64,000 nucleotides of DNA from Vicinamibacteria bacterium (GCA_963555995.3 OY821641.1:1344001-1408000); one strand, 5' to 3'; counted from the first letter of the stretch, positions 33,479 through 42,693 are shown. The notes: a model not told the origin generated them from the sequence alone. Program-made: numbers and translations.

Positions 33479-35989
33479 ATGGATTGTTCATCGGCAGCTA
33501 TGGACGGTCCGCAAGTTTCTGATTCACAAATAAGGAACGTATCTGGTCGTGAAGGGTCCCTGAAGGAACTATCCCCGTCCTTCCGGAACGCGGCTCCCCA
33601 CTTCCTGCCCCTCGCCGTCTTCCCGCTCCTGGTGAGCGCAGCGCTCTACGGCGGCTGGTGGATCCTGGGCCCCTTCGTCTTTCTCTTCGTGAACGGTTTT
33701 GACGGCGCGTCGGGAAGGGAGGAGCGCAACATGGATCCGGACCGGGACCCGGATGCAGGGTTGTTCTGGTACAAGCTGTCCGCCTGGACCTGGGCCGCGC
33801 TCTGGCCGGCGACGCTTGCCTTCGCGCTGTGGCAGATCTTCGCGCGCGGTCACCTCGCCACCTGGGAGGCGGTCCTCGTGGTGGCCGGTTTCGCGGGCAA
33901 CGCCACCTCCGTCTTCACTGTCGGACATGAATTCATCCATCGGCGCGCGGTCTGGGAGCGCCGCGTCGGGGAGTTCCTGCTGGCATCCGTCTCCTATCCG
34001 CTCTACGCCACCGAACACGTCTATATCCATCACTCGCTGGTGTGCACGCCGGGCGACCCCGAGTCCGTGGCGCGCGGGGTCAGCTTCTGGCGGTTCCTTG
34101 CGAAGAACCTGCCCCGGAGTGTCATGAGTTGCTGGCGCTTCGAGCGCCAGCGACTGGCTCGCCGCCGCCTTCCGGTATGGCACTACTCGAATGCCTTCTG
34201 GCGGTATGCGATCGAGACCGCGGCGTGGTACGTCCTCGCCTGGTGGCTGGGCGGCGTTTGGGGCATCGTTGTCGTCGCGGTCCTGGGCGGCTCCGTGGTC
34301 TTTCAGATCCGGGTTTCGGACTACGTTCAGCACTACGGACTGCGCCGCGTCCGGCTCCCCGGCGGCAGGTTCGAGCGCGTCCAGCGACACCACACCTGGA
34401 GCGCCGCTTACCGGCTCTCCAACTGGCTCTTCTACAACGGCCAGCGGCATCCGGACCACCACGCCGCCTCCAACCGGCGCTACCCGCTGCTGCAGCACTG
34501 CGGTGACGACCTCTCGCCGCAGCTTCCGGCGACGTACGGAGTCATGAACGGACTGGCTCTGTTTCCCGAGCGCTGGTTCCGCACGATGGATCCCCTCCTC
34601 GATGAGGCGCGAGCGCGGTTCTATCCCGAGATTCAGGACTGGAGCGCCTACGACAGTGCGGCGTTCGCCGCCCGCCCCGGAGCGCTCGACGCCATTGCGG
34701 AGGTATTGGGCTCCGCGCCGGGACTCGCCGAGTGGATGAACCGGGCTCCCGAATTACTGGACAGCCTCCGGACGCGGGAGTTCACGGATCTGGACCTGCC
34801 GCCGGGCTTCGGACCGGACCCGGAATACGAAAGGATCGCCCGCCGCGGCCTGGCCCGCCTCTACTGGACCCGCGAACTCGGCGTGCGGGAGATGGCGGAG
34901 CAACTCGCCGAAGCCCCGACGCAGGACGCCGGCGAGGCGGTGGACGTGGCCCGGGAGTGGGCGAACGGAAAAGTGTTCCAACTCGCGGTGCACACGATGC
35001 GCGGCAACCTGACTCCGAGTGAGGCGGCGACGGTCGCCGGACGGGTTGCCGAAGCCGCCTTGGCGGGCGTCCTGTCCGGGGTATGGCAGGACTTCCGCGA
35101 CCGGCGTTCGCCGGGACCGGGAAGCGGGATCTGCGCCGTCGTGTTCGGGGAGCTGGCGAGTGGGGAAGTGCTGCTCGGCGGCCGGCTCGAGGTGCAGTTC
35201 GTTTTCGAGGGCGGGTCCCCGGAGTACTACGAGTTGCTGTGCCGGCGGTTTCGAACGGCGCTCAGGTCGTTGTCGCGCGACAACCTGTGGCTCGCCCCGT
35301 TGGCGCGCGCGTGGGCGCCGCAACCGCTGCGCTCGCTGGAAGATTTTGTCGGGGAGCGCGGATCGGGTATTCCGGTGGCGGACCTGCGGCGACTCCTGGA
35401 GGCGCGCTGTGTCTTCGCGGAGGGGAAGTCGGGGCTGGCGGAGCGGTTCGAGGCGGCGCGGCGCGATCTCCTGAGTCGCCGCGCCGTTCGTAAGGCGCTC
35501 CTCATCAAACTCCCACCCGCCGCGTCCGAACCGGGTCTGCTGTTGTATCGGGAGATGTCCGGTGGCTGGGAGGATGTGAGGCGGGCCGCCCGGTTCCTGC
35601 AACTGCAACATTCCGCCGAGTTCCCGGATTTGCTGGCGTCGGACCGAGCCGGCGTCTTCCAGGCAGCGGGTGGGAGCGGCCTGGTTCCCGAGGCGGCCGC
35701 GGAGCGGCTGGTGGAAGCCACCACCCTGTGGGAAAACCTCGGCGGCATCCTCCAGGTGGTTGGGGAAGGGGTGTTCGTGGCGGGGGCGACCACCGACCAG
35801 GTCAAGGCCGTGGTAGCGCAGGCCGCCGGTGAGGACGACTTCGAGGCGCTGACCGGACGGATTCACCGGGTAGCGGCGCGGACCGCGCGCGACCTCCAGG
35901 CGATCGACCCCAGGTTGGGCGCGAAGCTGGCTTCGTCTGCCTCCGGATTGCACGGCGGGGCCGCTTCCGGGATCCTGGACCCGCCATAG
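33479..35989 (+). CDS. AlkB-type membrane diiron hydroxylase/desaturase fused to a degenerate GlnE-like nucleotidyltransferase domain
   Basis: His boxes GHEFIHR, TEHVYIHH, DYVQHYGL, QRHPDHHA and HTWS with TM helices. C-terminal half resembles the GlnE AT domain (AVVFGELASGEVLLGGRLEVQFVF, EARCV, GGWEDVRRAARFLQL). Start uncertain (33479 to ~33560). Confidence 0.8.
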   Translation: MDCSSAAMDGPQVSDSQIRNVSGREGSLKELSPSFRNAAPHFLPLAVFPLLVSAALYGGWWILGPFVFLFVNGFDGASGREERNMDPDRDPDAGLFWYKLSAWTWAALWPATLAFALWQIFARGHLATWEAVLVVAGFAGNATSVFTVGHEFIHRRAVWERRVGEFLLASVSYPLYATEHVYIHHSLVCTPGDPESVARGVSFWRFLAKNLPRSVMSCWRFERQRLARRRLPVWHYSNAFWRYAIETAAWYVLAWWLGGVWGIVVVAVLGGSVVFQIRVSDYVQHYGLRRVRLPGGRFERVQRHHTWSAAYRLSNWLFYNGQRHPDHHAASNRRYPLLQHCGDDLSPQLPATYGVMNGLALFPERWFRTMDPLLDEARARFYPEIQDWSAYDSAAFAARPGALDAIAEVLGSAPGLAEWMNRAPELLDSLRTREFTDLDLPPGFGPDPEYERIARRGLARLYWTRELGVREMAEQLAEAPTQDAGEAVDVAREWANGKVFQLAVHTMRGNLTPSEAATVAGRVAEAALAGVLSGVWQDFRDRRSPGPGSGICAVVFGELASGEVLLGGRLEVQFVFEGGSPEYYELLCRRFRTALRSLSRDNLWLAPLARAWAPQPLRSLEDFVGERGSGIPVADLRRLLEARCVFAEGKSGLAERFEAARRDLLSRRAVRKALLIKLPPAASEPGLLLYREMSGGWEDVRRAARFLQLQHSAEFPDLLASDRAGVFQAAGGSGLVPEAAAERLVEATTLWENLGGILQVVGEGVFVAGATTDQVKAVVAQAAGEDDFEALTGRIHRVAARTARDLQAIDPRLGAKLASSASGLHGGAASGILDPP

Positions 35990-36023
35990 CGCCATCCTTC
36001 CTTCGCAATCGCCGAAGCGGCTG

Positions 36024-36054
36024 CACGCGGCGTTCGGCGGGCGATGCATCCCGG
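36024..36054. repeat. 31-bp exact direct repeat, copy 1
   Basis: CACGCGGCGTTCGGCGGGCGATGCATCCCGG is identical to 38904-38934. Confidence 0.8.
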
Positions 36055-36082
36055 CGGGGCGGGCGCAAGGAAGGACGAACTC

Positions 36083-37288
36083 CTACAACTCCGCGTGTTG
36101 TGGGGTCGCGTCGGGGCCGAGGAAGGCCTCCACATACTTGGTGCCGGTGCCGGTGTTGAAGAGGACCACGGTGTCGTCTTCCGAAACGTCGCCCGCTTTG
36201 CGGAGCCGGCGCAGCGCGCTGAGACAGGCGCCGCCTTCGGGGGCGGCGAAGATGCCCTCGGCGGCGCCGATCCGGCGGGCGTCCCGCATGAGCTCCTCGT
36301 CGCTGACCGCGAGCGCGGAGCCACCGCTCGTCCGGACGGCCGCCAGGATGAGGAAGTCGCCGAGCGCCTTGGGGACCCGAAGTCCGGACGCGACGGTGTG
36401 GGCGTTCTCCCACATCGTGGACGCCTCCGTTCCGTCCTCGAACGCCTTCGGGATGGGGGCGCAGCCCTCGGCCTGCACCGCGATCATGCGGGGCCGCTCC
36501 GAACCGATCCAGCCGAGCCGCTCCATCTCGTCGAACGCCTTCCACATTCCGATGAGGCCGGTGCCGCCGCCGGTCGGGTAGAGGATCACGTCGGGCAGGC
36601 GTCCGAGTTGTTCGAACACCTCGTAGCCCATCGTCTTCTTGCCCTCGATGCGATAGGGCTCCTTCAGGGTGGCCACGTCGAACAGTCCCCGTCCCGGAGC
36701 CAGGTCGGCGATCAGCCGGCCCGCGTCGGAGATCAGGCCGTCAATGGGGTGGATCTCGGCGCCGTACACCGAAGCCTCGATCCGGTTCACCTCGGGACAG
36801 TCGCGGGGCACCGCGACGACGCACTGGATCCCGGCGCGGGCGGCGTAGGCCGCGGCCGCGCCCCCGGCGTTCCCCGCGGAGGGGAGCGCGATCCCTCGCG
36901 CGCCGAACTGGTAGGCGGCTGAAACGGCCATGCAGAGGCCCCGGTCCTTGAAGCTGCCGGTGGGATTCGTTCCTTCGTGCTTGATGAAGAGTTCCCGGAT
37001 CCCGAGTTCGGCCCCGAGGCTGGGGGCCGGGAGGAGCGGAGTCCCGCCTTCGCCCAGTTTCAGACAGTGTCGTTCTGCCTGGATCGGCAGGACCTCGTGG
37101 TAGCGCCAGAGGTCGAAGGGCCGGTCCCTGATGGCTGCGGGAGTGAATGTCGGGGCCGCCGCTTCGAGGTCGTACCGGGCCAGCAGGGGGTGTTTCTCGT
37201 TCGAGAGGTTCTGGGACGCGAAGGCGTCGTGGCGGTGCCCGGTCTTCGAGCACTCGAGGTGGGTGAGGTAGGAATACCGCGTGGCCAC
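36083..37288 (-). CDS. thrC: Threonine synthase (PLP, fold type II)
   Basis: LGEGGTPL, NPTGSFKDRG (PLP Lys), SAGNAG, EGKKTMGYE, YPTGGGTG, FNTGTGTKY motifs. Confidence 0.85.
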   Translation of the reverse strand: MATRYSYLTHLECSKTGHRHDAFASQNLSNEKHPLLARYDLEAAAPTFTPAAIRDRPFDLWRYHEVLPIQAERHCLKLGEGGTPLLPAPSLGAELGIRELFIKHEGTNPTGSFKDRGLCMAVSAAYQFGARGIALPSAGNAGGAAAAYAARAGIQCVVAVPRDCPEVNRIEASVYGAEIHPIDGLISDAGRLIADLAPGRGLFDVATLKEPYRIEGKKTMGYEVFEQLGRLPDVILYPTGGGTGLIGMWKAFDEMERLGWIGSERPRMIAVQAEGCAPIPKAFEDGTEASTMWENAHTVASGLRVPKALGDFLILAAVRTSGGSALAVSDEELMRDARRIGAAEGIFAAPEGGACLSALRRLRKAGDVSEDDTVVLFNTGTGTKYVEAFLGPDATPQHAEL

Positions 37289-37301
37289 TTCGGACAGGCT
37301 G

Positions 37302-37858
37302 CTAGACCGAGAGGATGCTGGCTTCCTTGCGGGACGCGATCTCGACGACCCGCTTCACGTGCGCGTCGGTCGCCTTCTGCACTTCCGCCTCGAGGTCGTG
37401 CTCGAGGTCCTCCGAAAGCTCCTTGCTCTTGACCAGCTTCTTGGCGCGCTGGTTGGCGTCGCGCCGCACCTGCCGGAGCGCGTTCTTGTGCTCCTCGGCC
37501 ATCCGGTTGATGCTCTTCGCGAGTTGCTTCCGCCGTTCCTGGCTGAGCGGCGGGATCGGAATCCGGAGCATCGTCCCGTCCGAGGCGGGTTCAGGTCGAG
37601 ATCGGCGGCCCGGATCGCCCGGTCGATCGCCGGCAGCAGGTTCCGCTCCCAGGGCTGGACGGTGATGGTGCTGGCGTCGGGGGTCTTCAGGGTGGCGACC
37701 TGGTTCAGCGGCATCAGCTGTCCGTAGTAGTCCACCCGGACCGAGTCCAGCAGGGCCACCGACGCCCGGCCGGTGCGCACGGAAGCCAGTTCGTGCTCGA
37801 ACACCTCGACGGTTTTGTCCATCCGGCGGTTCAGGTCGTCCAGAATCTGGTGATTCAT
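37302..37858 (-). CDS. frr: Ribosome recycling factor, with an apparent 1-bp frameshift near 37587
   Basis: N-half (VRTGRAS, VDYYG, PLNQVA, DLDLNP) is in one frame and C-half (ASDGTMLRIPIPPLSQERR...RRDAN) in another. Span of 557 bp is one base short of a 185-aa gene. Confidence 0.9.
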
Positions 37859-37879
37859 CGCTTCCGCTCCCCCGCGGCC

Positions 37880-38611
37880 CTACTCCTCGTGGGCCGGCGT
37901 TTCGACCCGGGTGCCGACGTCGTCGCCCCGGGCTGCCTGTTGAATGTCGTCCTGGTGGCACACCACGATCGGGAGGTCGTTCTCCATGCAGAGCGAGATC
38001 GCGGTGGTGTCCATGAAGCGAAGCTCCTGCCGGATCGCTTCCAGGTGGGTGAGTCGGCGGATCGGGCGGGCCTCGGGATCCTTCTCCGGGTCGCCGGTGA
38101 AGACTCCCGGAACCCGGGTGGCCTTGATGAGCACGTCCGCGCGGATCTCGTTCGCCCGGAGCGCGGCGGCGGTATCCGTCGAGAAGTAGGGGTTTCCGGT
38201 GCCCGCCGCGAAGAGGGCGATCCGTCCCTTTTCGAGGTGCCGGAGGGCCCGGCGGCGAATGAAGGGTTCGGCGACCTGCCGGACGGTGATGGCGGACATC
38301 ACCCGGGTGTGGCAACCGAGCTTCTCGAGCGCCTCCTGGACGGCGAGGGCGTTGATCAGGGTGGCGAGCATCCCCATCGAATCCGCGGTGACCCGGTCCA
38401 TCCCCCGGGTCTCGGCGCCGAGGCCCCGGAAGATGTTCCCGCCGCCGATCACGCAGGCGGTCTCGACGCCGTCCCCGTGGACCGCGGCGATGAGCCGGGC
38501 CATCCGCTCCACCTCGCCCGGAGAGATGCCGGCGTGTTCCTCGCCCTTGAGCGCCTGGCCCGACAGCTTGAGCAGAACCCGGCGCGGTGGGTTCGGCCGG
38601 CTCCCGCTCAT
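37880..38611 (-). CDS. pyrH: UMP kinase
   Basis: RVLLKLSG, VIGGGNIFRG, DSMGMLAT, GTGNPYFSTDTAAALRA motifs. Confidence 0.96.
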   Translation of the reverse strand: MSGSRPNPPRRVLLKLSGQALKGEEHAGISPGEVERMARLIAAVHGDGVETACVIGGGNIFRGLGAETRGMDRVTADSMGMLATLINALAVQEALEKLGCHTRVMSAITVRQVAEPFIRRRALRHLEKGRIALFAAGTGNPYFSTDTAAALRANEIRADVLIKATRVPGVFTGDPEKDPEARPIRRLTHLEAIRQELRFMDTTAISLCMENDLPIVVCHQDDIQQAARGDDVGTRVETPAHEE

Positions 38612-38773
38612 ACGGTCATGGTACGCGGCTTTCGCCGCGACCGGGCGCGAAAAGAGGGCCAGCGGTCAGCATCGTGCCCTGCGCGTCGCTTCTCGCCCTC
38701 ATGGGCCGGTATGCGGGAACGTCCCGCCGGGTCAGGTGGACGCCGAAGAAAGAACCATCCCGCCGGCCGGCGT

Positions 38774-38819
38774 CGCGCTGTCGCGCAGCGCGTGCCGGTC
38801 AGGGACCGGCGTTCCAAGC
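38774..38819 (-). repeat. REP unit plus hairpin
   Basis: Reverse complement reads GCTTGGAACGCCGGTCCCTGACCGGCACGCGCTGCGCGACAGCGCG. Confidence 0.75.
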
Positions 38820-38903
38820 TGGCGGCGCAATCCGGGCTGTGCAGTTCCGAGCCGTGGCGGCGTCGACTCCTGCGACACGCCGCTAGCAGCCGGTGGCAAG
38901 ACC

Positions 38904-38934
38904 CACGCGGCGTTCGGCGGGCGATGCATCCCGG
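38904..38934. repeat. 31-bp exact direct repeat, copy 2
   Basis: Identical to 36024-36054. Confidence 0.8.
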
Positions 38935-38973
38935 TGGGGGCCTCGGCGCTCACGTGCGTTTCACCACAGGCTG

Positions 38974-39600
38974 CTAGAGCTGTTCGCCGCGCTCGAAGCG
39001 GACGAAGCGCCGCACCTGGATGTTCTCCTTGATCGCCTGCGCGGCTTCGAGGACCCGGTCCTGGACCCGCAGCTTCTTGGAGTCGTCGAGGGCGTACGGC
39101 TGCTCGAGGAGCACCCGCTCGGAGAGGAACCGGTCGAGCTTCCCGGACACGATGCGGTCCACCACCGCGGGCGGCTTGTTGGCATTCTTCGGATCCTGCG
39201 CCAACTGCGACCGGATGAGGCCGGTCTCGTCCTGGATCACGTCTTCGGGAACGTCCTCGCGCCGGACCCAGCGCGCCGGGGCGGGGTAGGCGCAGGCGAT
39301 GTGGATCGCCACGTCGTTCGCGAGGTCGCGGAACGTCTGGTTCCGGGCGACGAAATCGGTCTCGCAGGAGAGCTCCACCATCACGCCGATCCGGTGGTCG
39401 TGGATGTACGAGTGAATGAGTCCCTCGCTGGTGGCGCGTCCCCGACGGCGCTCGGCCGCCGCGGCGCCCTTCTCGCGCAGCAGGCGGATGGCCTTGTCGA
39501 AATCTCCGTCCGCATCCACGAGTGCTTTCTTGCAGTCGGCGAAGCCCGCTCCGGTCTGGTCCCGGAGTTTCTTGACGTCCTGGGCGCTGATGGCGGCCAT
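38974..39600 (-). CDS. tsf: Elongation factor Ts (short form)
   Basis: VKKLRDQTGAG..DCKKAL, ELSCETDFVA, RRFVRFERGE motifs; 208 aa. Confidence 0.96.
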   Translation of the reverse strand: MAAISAQDVKKLRDQTGAGFADCKKALVDADGDFDKAIRLLREKGAAAAERRRGRATSEGLIHSYIHDHRIGVMVELSCETDFVARNQTFRDLANDVAIHIACAYPAPARWVRREDVPEDVIQDETGLIRSQLAQDPKNANKPPAVVDRIVSGKLDRFLSERVLLEQPYALDDSKKLRVQDRVLEAAQAIKENIQVRRFVRFERGEQL

Positions 39601-39666
39601 TGGGGAATCTCCTGTTGCAGCCGCCGGAACGGCGACTCTTCCTGAGGGTTGCTCGACGGCGCCCGG

Positions 39667-40653
39667 TCAGCCGGTGGTGGTCGGCGCCGGAGGGTCCGCT
39701 TCCGCGCCGGGGGCTTCCGAACTGGCGGCGGCGCCCGCGGCTTCGCCGGTGCCCGGGTCGAAAGCCGCGGAGTCGCTCGCCGCAGACGCCTCGCCGGAGG
39801 CCGCCGAGTTGCCCGCGTCAGGACCGCTTGCGGCCGCGCTGGCCGAATCGGAGCCGTCCGACCCCGCTCTCGCCGGACCCGGGGTGGCGGCTTCGGAGGC
39901 AGGAGTGGCATCGGCCGCCCCGTCCGGCGCCGCCCCGTCCCCATCGGCCCCGAAGGCCGTCAACCCGCGAAGCTGCCGGCCATCCTCGAACGCGCTGGCA
40001 ACGCGCTCGGCGAACAGGCGGATCGCCCGGAGCGCGTCGTCGTTCCCCGGGATCACGTAGTCGATGAGGTCGGGGTCGCAGTCGGTGTCCACGATGGCCA
40101 CGATCGGGATTCCGAGTTTTTTCGCTTCCTGAACCGCGATCATCTCGTTCTTGGGATCCACGATACAGACGGCGTCGGGCAGCCGATCCATCTTTTCGAT
40201 GCCGCTCAGTGTCTTTTCCATCCGCCGCCGGCGCTTGTCGAGACGCGACCACGCCTTGTTCGAGAAGCCGCCCTGATCGGCGTTCTCGGTGATCTCCCGA
40301 AGCTCCTGGAACTTGGCGATGCTCTTGCGGATGGTCTGGAAGTTGGTGAGCAGTCCCCCGAGCCACCGGTGGTTCACGTAGAACGCCTCCACCCGGGCGG
40401 CTTCCGAGGCGATGACCTCCTGCGCCTGGCGTTTGGTGCCGACGAAGAGGATCGTCTTGCCCTCGGCCCCGAGCTTCGAGATGAAGTGGAGCGCATCCCG
40501 GAAGAGCGGCAGCGTCTGGTTGAGGTCCACGATGTGGATCCCGCTCCGCGATCCATAGATGTACGGCCGCATCCGCGGGTTCCACCACTTCGTCTCGTGT
40601 CCGAAGTGGAGCCCTGCTTCCAGCAGGTCCCGCATCGTTACGGTCGTGGACAT
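39667..40653 (-). CDS. rpsB: 30S ribosomal protein S2 with low-complexity C-terminal extension
   Basis: LLEAGLHFGH, WNPRM, RWLGGLLTN, IPGNDDA motifs. Confidence 0.97.
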   Translation of the reverse strand: MSTTVTMRDLLEAGLHFGHETKWWNPRMRPYIYGSRSGIHIVDLNQTLPLFRDALHFISKLGAEGKTILFVGTKRQAQEVIASEAARVEAFYVNHRWLGGLLTNFQTIRKSIAKFQELREITENADQGGFSNKAWSRLDKRRRRMEKTLSGIEKMDRLPDAVCIVDPKNEMIAVQEAKKLGIPIVAIVDTDCDPDLIDYVIPGNDDALRAIRLFAERVASAFEDGRQLRGLTAFGADGDGAAPDGAADATPASEAATPGPARAGSDGSDSASAAASGPDAGNSAASGEASAASDSAAFDPGTGEAAGAAASSEAPGAEADPPAPTTTG

Positions 40654-40713
40654 CGGACTAGCGGCAGGCGGAGGCCCGCCAGCGGAGGCTCGGAAGCAGC
40701 GGGGGGGCCATCG

Positions 40714-41106
40714 TCAGCGCTTGGAGTACTGGAAGCGCTTCCGGGCGCCCGGCTGTCCGTATTTCTTGCGCTCCTTGCGCCGCGCGTCCCGGGTGAGGAA
40801 ACCCCGGCGCTTGAGCTCCGGCCGCAGCCGTCCGTCGCCCGCGCTCAGAGCCCGGGCGATGCCGAGCCGCACTGCCGCCGCCTGTCCGGACAATCCGCCG
40901 CCCTTGACGCGGGCGTCCACGTCCACCGCGGTGCCGCGGTCGGTGGCGAGCAGCGGCTGGGTAACCCAGTTCTGGTATGCCTCTCGCGGGAAGTAGTCGG
41001 CGAGGGGCCGCTGGTTCACCAGGATCTCGCCGGAGCCGCTCCGGAGGTACACCCGGGCGATGGAACTCTTCCGCTTGCCGGTCCCGTAGGCGAGGGGTTC
41101 GGGCAT
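40714..41106 (-). CDS. rpsI: 30S ribosomal protein S9
   Basis: GTGKRK, GGGLSGQA, ERKKYGQPGARKRFQYSKR motifs. Confidence 0.97.
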   Translation of the reverse strand: MPEPLAYGTGKRKSSIARVYLRSGSGEILVNQRPLADYFPREAYQNWVTQPLLATDRGTAVDVDARVKGGGLSGQAAAVRLGIARALSAGDGRLRPELKRRGFLTRDARRKERKKYGQPGARKRFQYSKR

Positions 41107-41564
41107 CAGGATGACGGGCCGAGGTGGGCGGGGAGGGCTTCCGGCTGCTGGGCCTCGTGCGGGTGCTCGCCGCCCGAATAGACCTTCAGCTTCGTGAACT
41201 GCGAACGCCCCAGACTGCCCTTGGGCAACATCCCCCGTACCGCGCTCTCGACGAGGCGCTCGGGATGGGCGCCGCGGACCTGGGCGGCGGTCCTCGATTT
41301 CAGACCGCCGGGCCGTCCGCTGGTCCGGTAGTACACCTTCTGCTCTTCCTTGCGGCCGGTGAGGCGGACCCGGGCGGCGTTCAGCACGATCACATGGTCA
41401 CCGCAGTCGAGAAAAGGGGTCCAGGACGGCTTGTGCTTGCCGGTCAGCACCCGGGCGACCCGGCTCGCGAGGCGGCCGAGAGGCTGATCGTCCGCATCCA
41501 CCACGAACCAGCGGCGCCTGATTTCACTGGCGCGCGCGAACGTTGTGCCTGCCGAACGGGACAA
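41106..41564 (-). CDS. rplM: 50S ribosomal protein L13
   Basis: WFVVDA...[37 protein letters not shown] motifs. TTG start at 41564 inferred. Confidence 0.95.
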   Translation of the reverse strand: MSRSAGTTFARASEIRRRWFVVDADDQPLGRLASRVARVLTGKHKPSWTPFLDCGDHVIVLNAARVRLTGRKEEQKVYYRTSGRPGGLKSRTAAQVRGAHPERLVESAVRGMLPKGSLGRSQFTKLKVYSGGEHPHEAQQPEALPAHLGPSS

Positions 41565-41706
41565 AACGATGAGGATGGGTGCGGATGCGATTGCGGTGCG
41601 CTGAGGTGTTCCAGAGTAAAAAAATTTCGGGCGCGTCGCTTCCCGGCAGGTCCCGGTCCGAATGCCGCCGGAACGTGCGGAGGTCGCGGAGTCGCCCGAA
41701 GCGGGC

Positions 41707-41715
41707 AGTATAACA
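41707..41715 (-). promoter_or_regulatory. Putative extended -10 promoter (TGTTATACT) for the rplM operon
   Basis: TGnTATACT on the minus strand about 140 bp upstream of rplM; the same bases read TATAAC on the plus strand. Confidence 0.4.
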
Positions 41716-41785
41716 GCCGATGGGCGCTGTACCGCGTTCCGCTTTTCGCGGCTTTGCGGTGAAAAGGCAGTCCCGCCGGTCCGCC

Positions 41786-41808
41786 GGAGCGCCAGCCTCC
41801 GGCCGGCA
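41786..41808 (+). repeat. Single degenerate REP unit
   Basis: GGAGCGCCAGCCTCCGGCCGGCA. Confidence 0.5.
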
Positions 41809-41850
41809 TCGCGGGGTGTCCCGGTAGAGTTGGCAGGGAGGTTTGGCGAG

Positions 41851-42693
41851 ATGCAGGACAGCCGCCCCACGGTTCGTGACGAACGGGCGTTCAGGGACCC
41901 GGCCGAAATGTTGTCGCACCCGGCGGCGCTCCGCGCCGCCTGCCGGGACGGACGGTTTTCCGGGACGACCTCCGGAGCGTGTCCCGGTTTCGCCCAGGCC
42001 AACCTGGTCGTGTTGCCACGTTCGCTCGCCGGCGACTTCCAGACCTTCTGCGAGTGGAATCCAAAGCCCTGTCCGCTTTTGCTGATGAGCGAGAGCCCGG
42101 CGCTGACCTCCCTGGCTCCGGGTGCGGACCTCCGGACCGACGTGCCGCGGTACCGGGTGACCAGGCGCGGCGTCCCGCCCGTCGAGGTCACCGATGTCCG
42201 GGAGGCGTGGAATGCAGATCTCACCGCGTTCCTGCTCGGATGCAGCTTCGGTTTCGAGGCGGGACTCGTGGAGGCCGGAATCCGGCTCCGGCACCAGGAC
42301 GAGGGCCGCGTCGTCCCGATGTACCTCAGCGGGCGGGAGTGCGAACCGGCGGGGTCGTTCCACGGCCGCCTCGTGGTCACCCTGCGGCCGATTCCGGAGT
42401 CCCGGGTGGAGGACGCGGTGCGGATCAGCGGGGAGCAACCCCTCGCCCACGGGGCGCCGGTGCACATCGGCGATCCGGCGGCGCTCGGGATCCACGATCT
42501 CTCCCGGCCCGACTGGGGCGAGGACGGAGGACTGCTGCCGGGGGAAGTACCGGTCTTCTGGGCCTGCGGGGTGACCTCGCAGGTCGCCTGCCGCAACGCG
42601 CAGCCGGACCTCCTGATTACTCACGCACCGGGCCACATGTTCGTCACCGATGTCCCGGTGGAAGAGCAGAAGCGGCCCCTGCAGGCGGCATAG
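41851..42693 (+). CDS. D-glutamate cyclase family / DUF1445 putative hydro-lyase
   Basis: [59 protein letters not shown] motifs. Confidence 0.85.
   Translation: MQDSRPTVRDERAFRDPAEMLSHPAALRAACRDGRFSGTTSGACPGFAQANLVVLPRSLAGDFQTFCEWNPKPCPLLLMSESPALTSLAPGADLRTDVPRYRVTRRGVPPVEVTDVREAWNADLTAFLLGCSFGFEAGLVEAGIRLRHQDEGRVVPMYLSGRECEPAGSFHGRLVVTLRPIPESRVEDAVRISGEQPLAHGAPVHIGDPAALGIHDLSRPDWGEDGGLLPGEVPVFWACGVTSQVACRNAQPDLLITHAPGHMFVTDVPVEEQKRPLQAA

Noticed and set aside
37302-37858. frr as a true pseudogene
   Set aside because: Both halves are fully conserved, the gene is essential, a single base restores it, and a second similar indel exists in the window.
41565-42596. 496-aa extended L13, and similarly extended CysD, ABC ATPase and PrpD-like ORFs
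   Set aside because: The extensions overlap other genes or promoters and lack homology; downstream starts give normal lengths.
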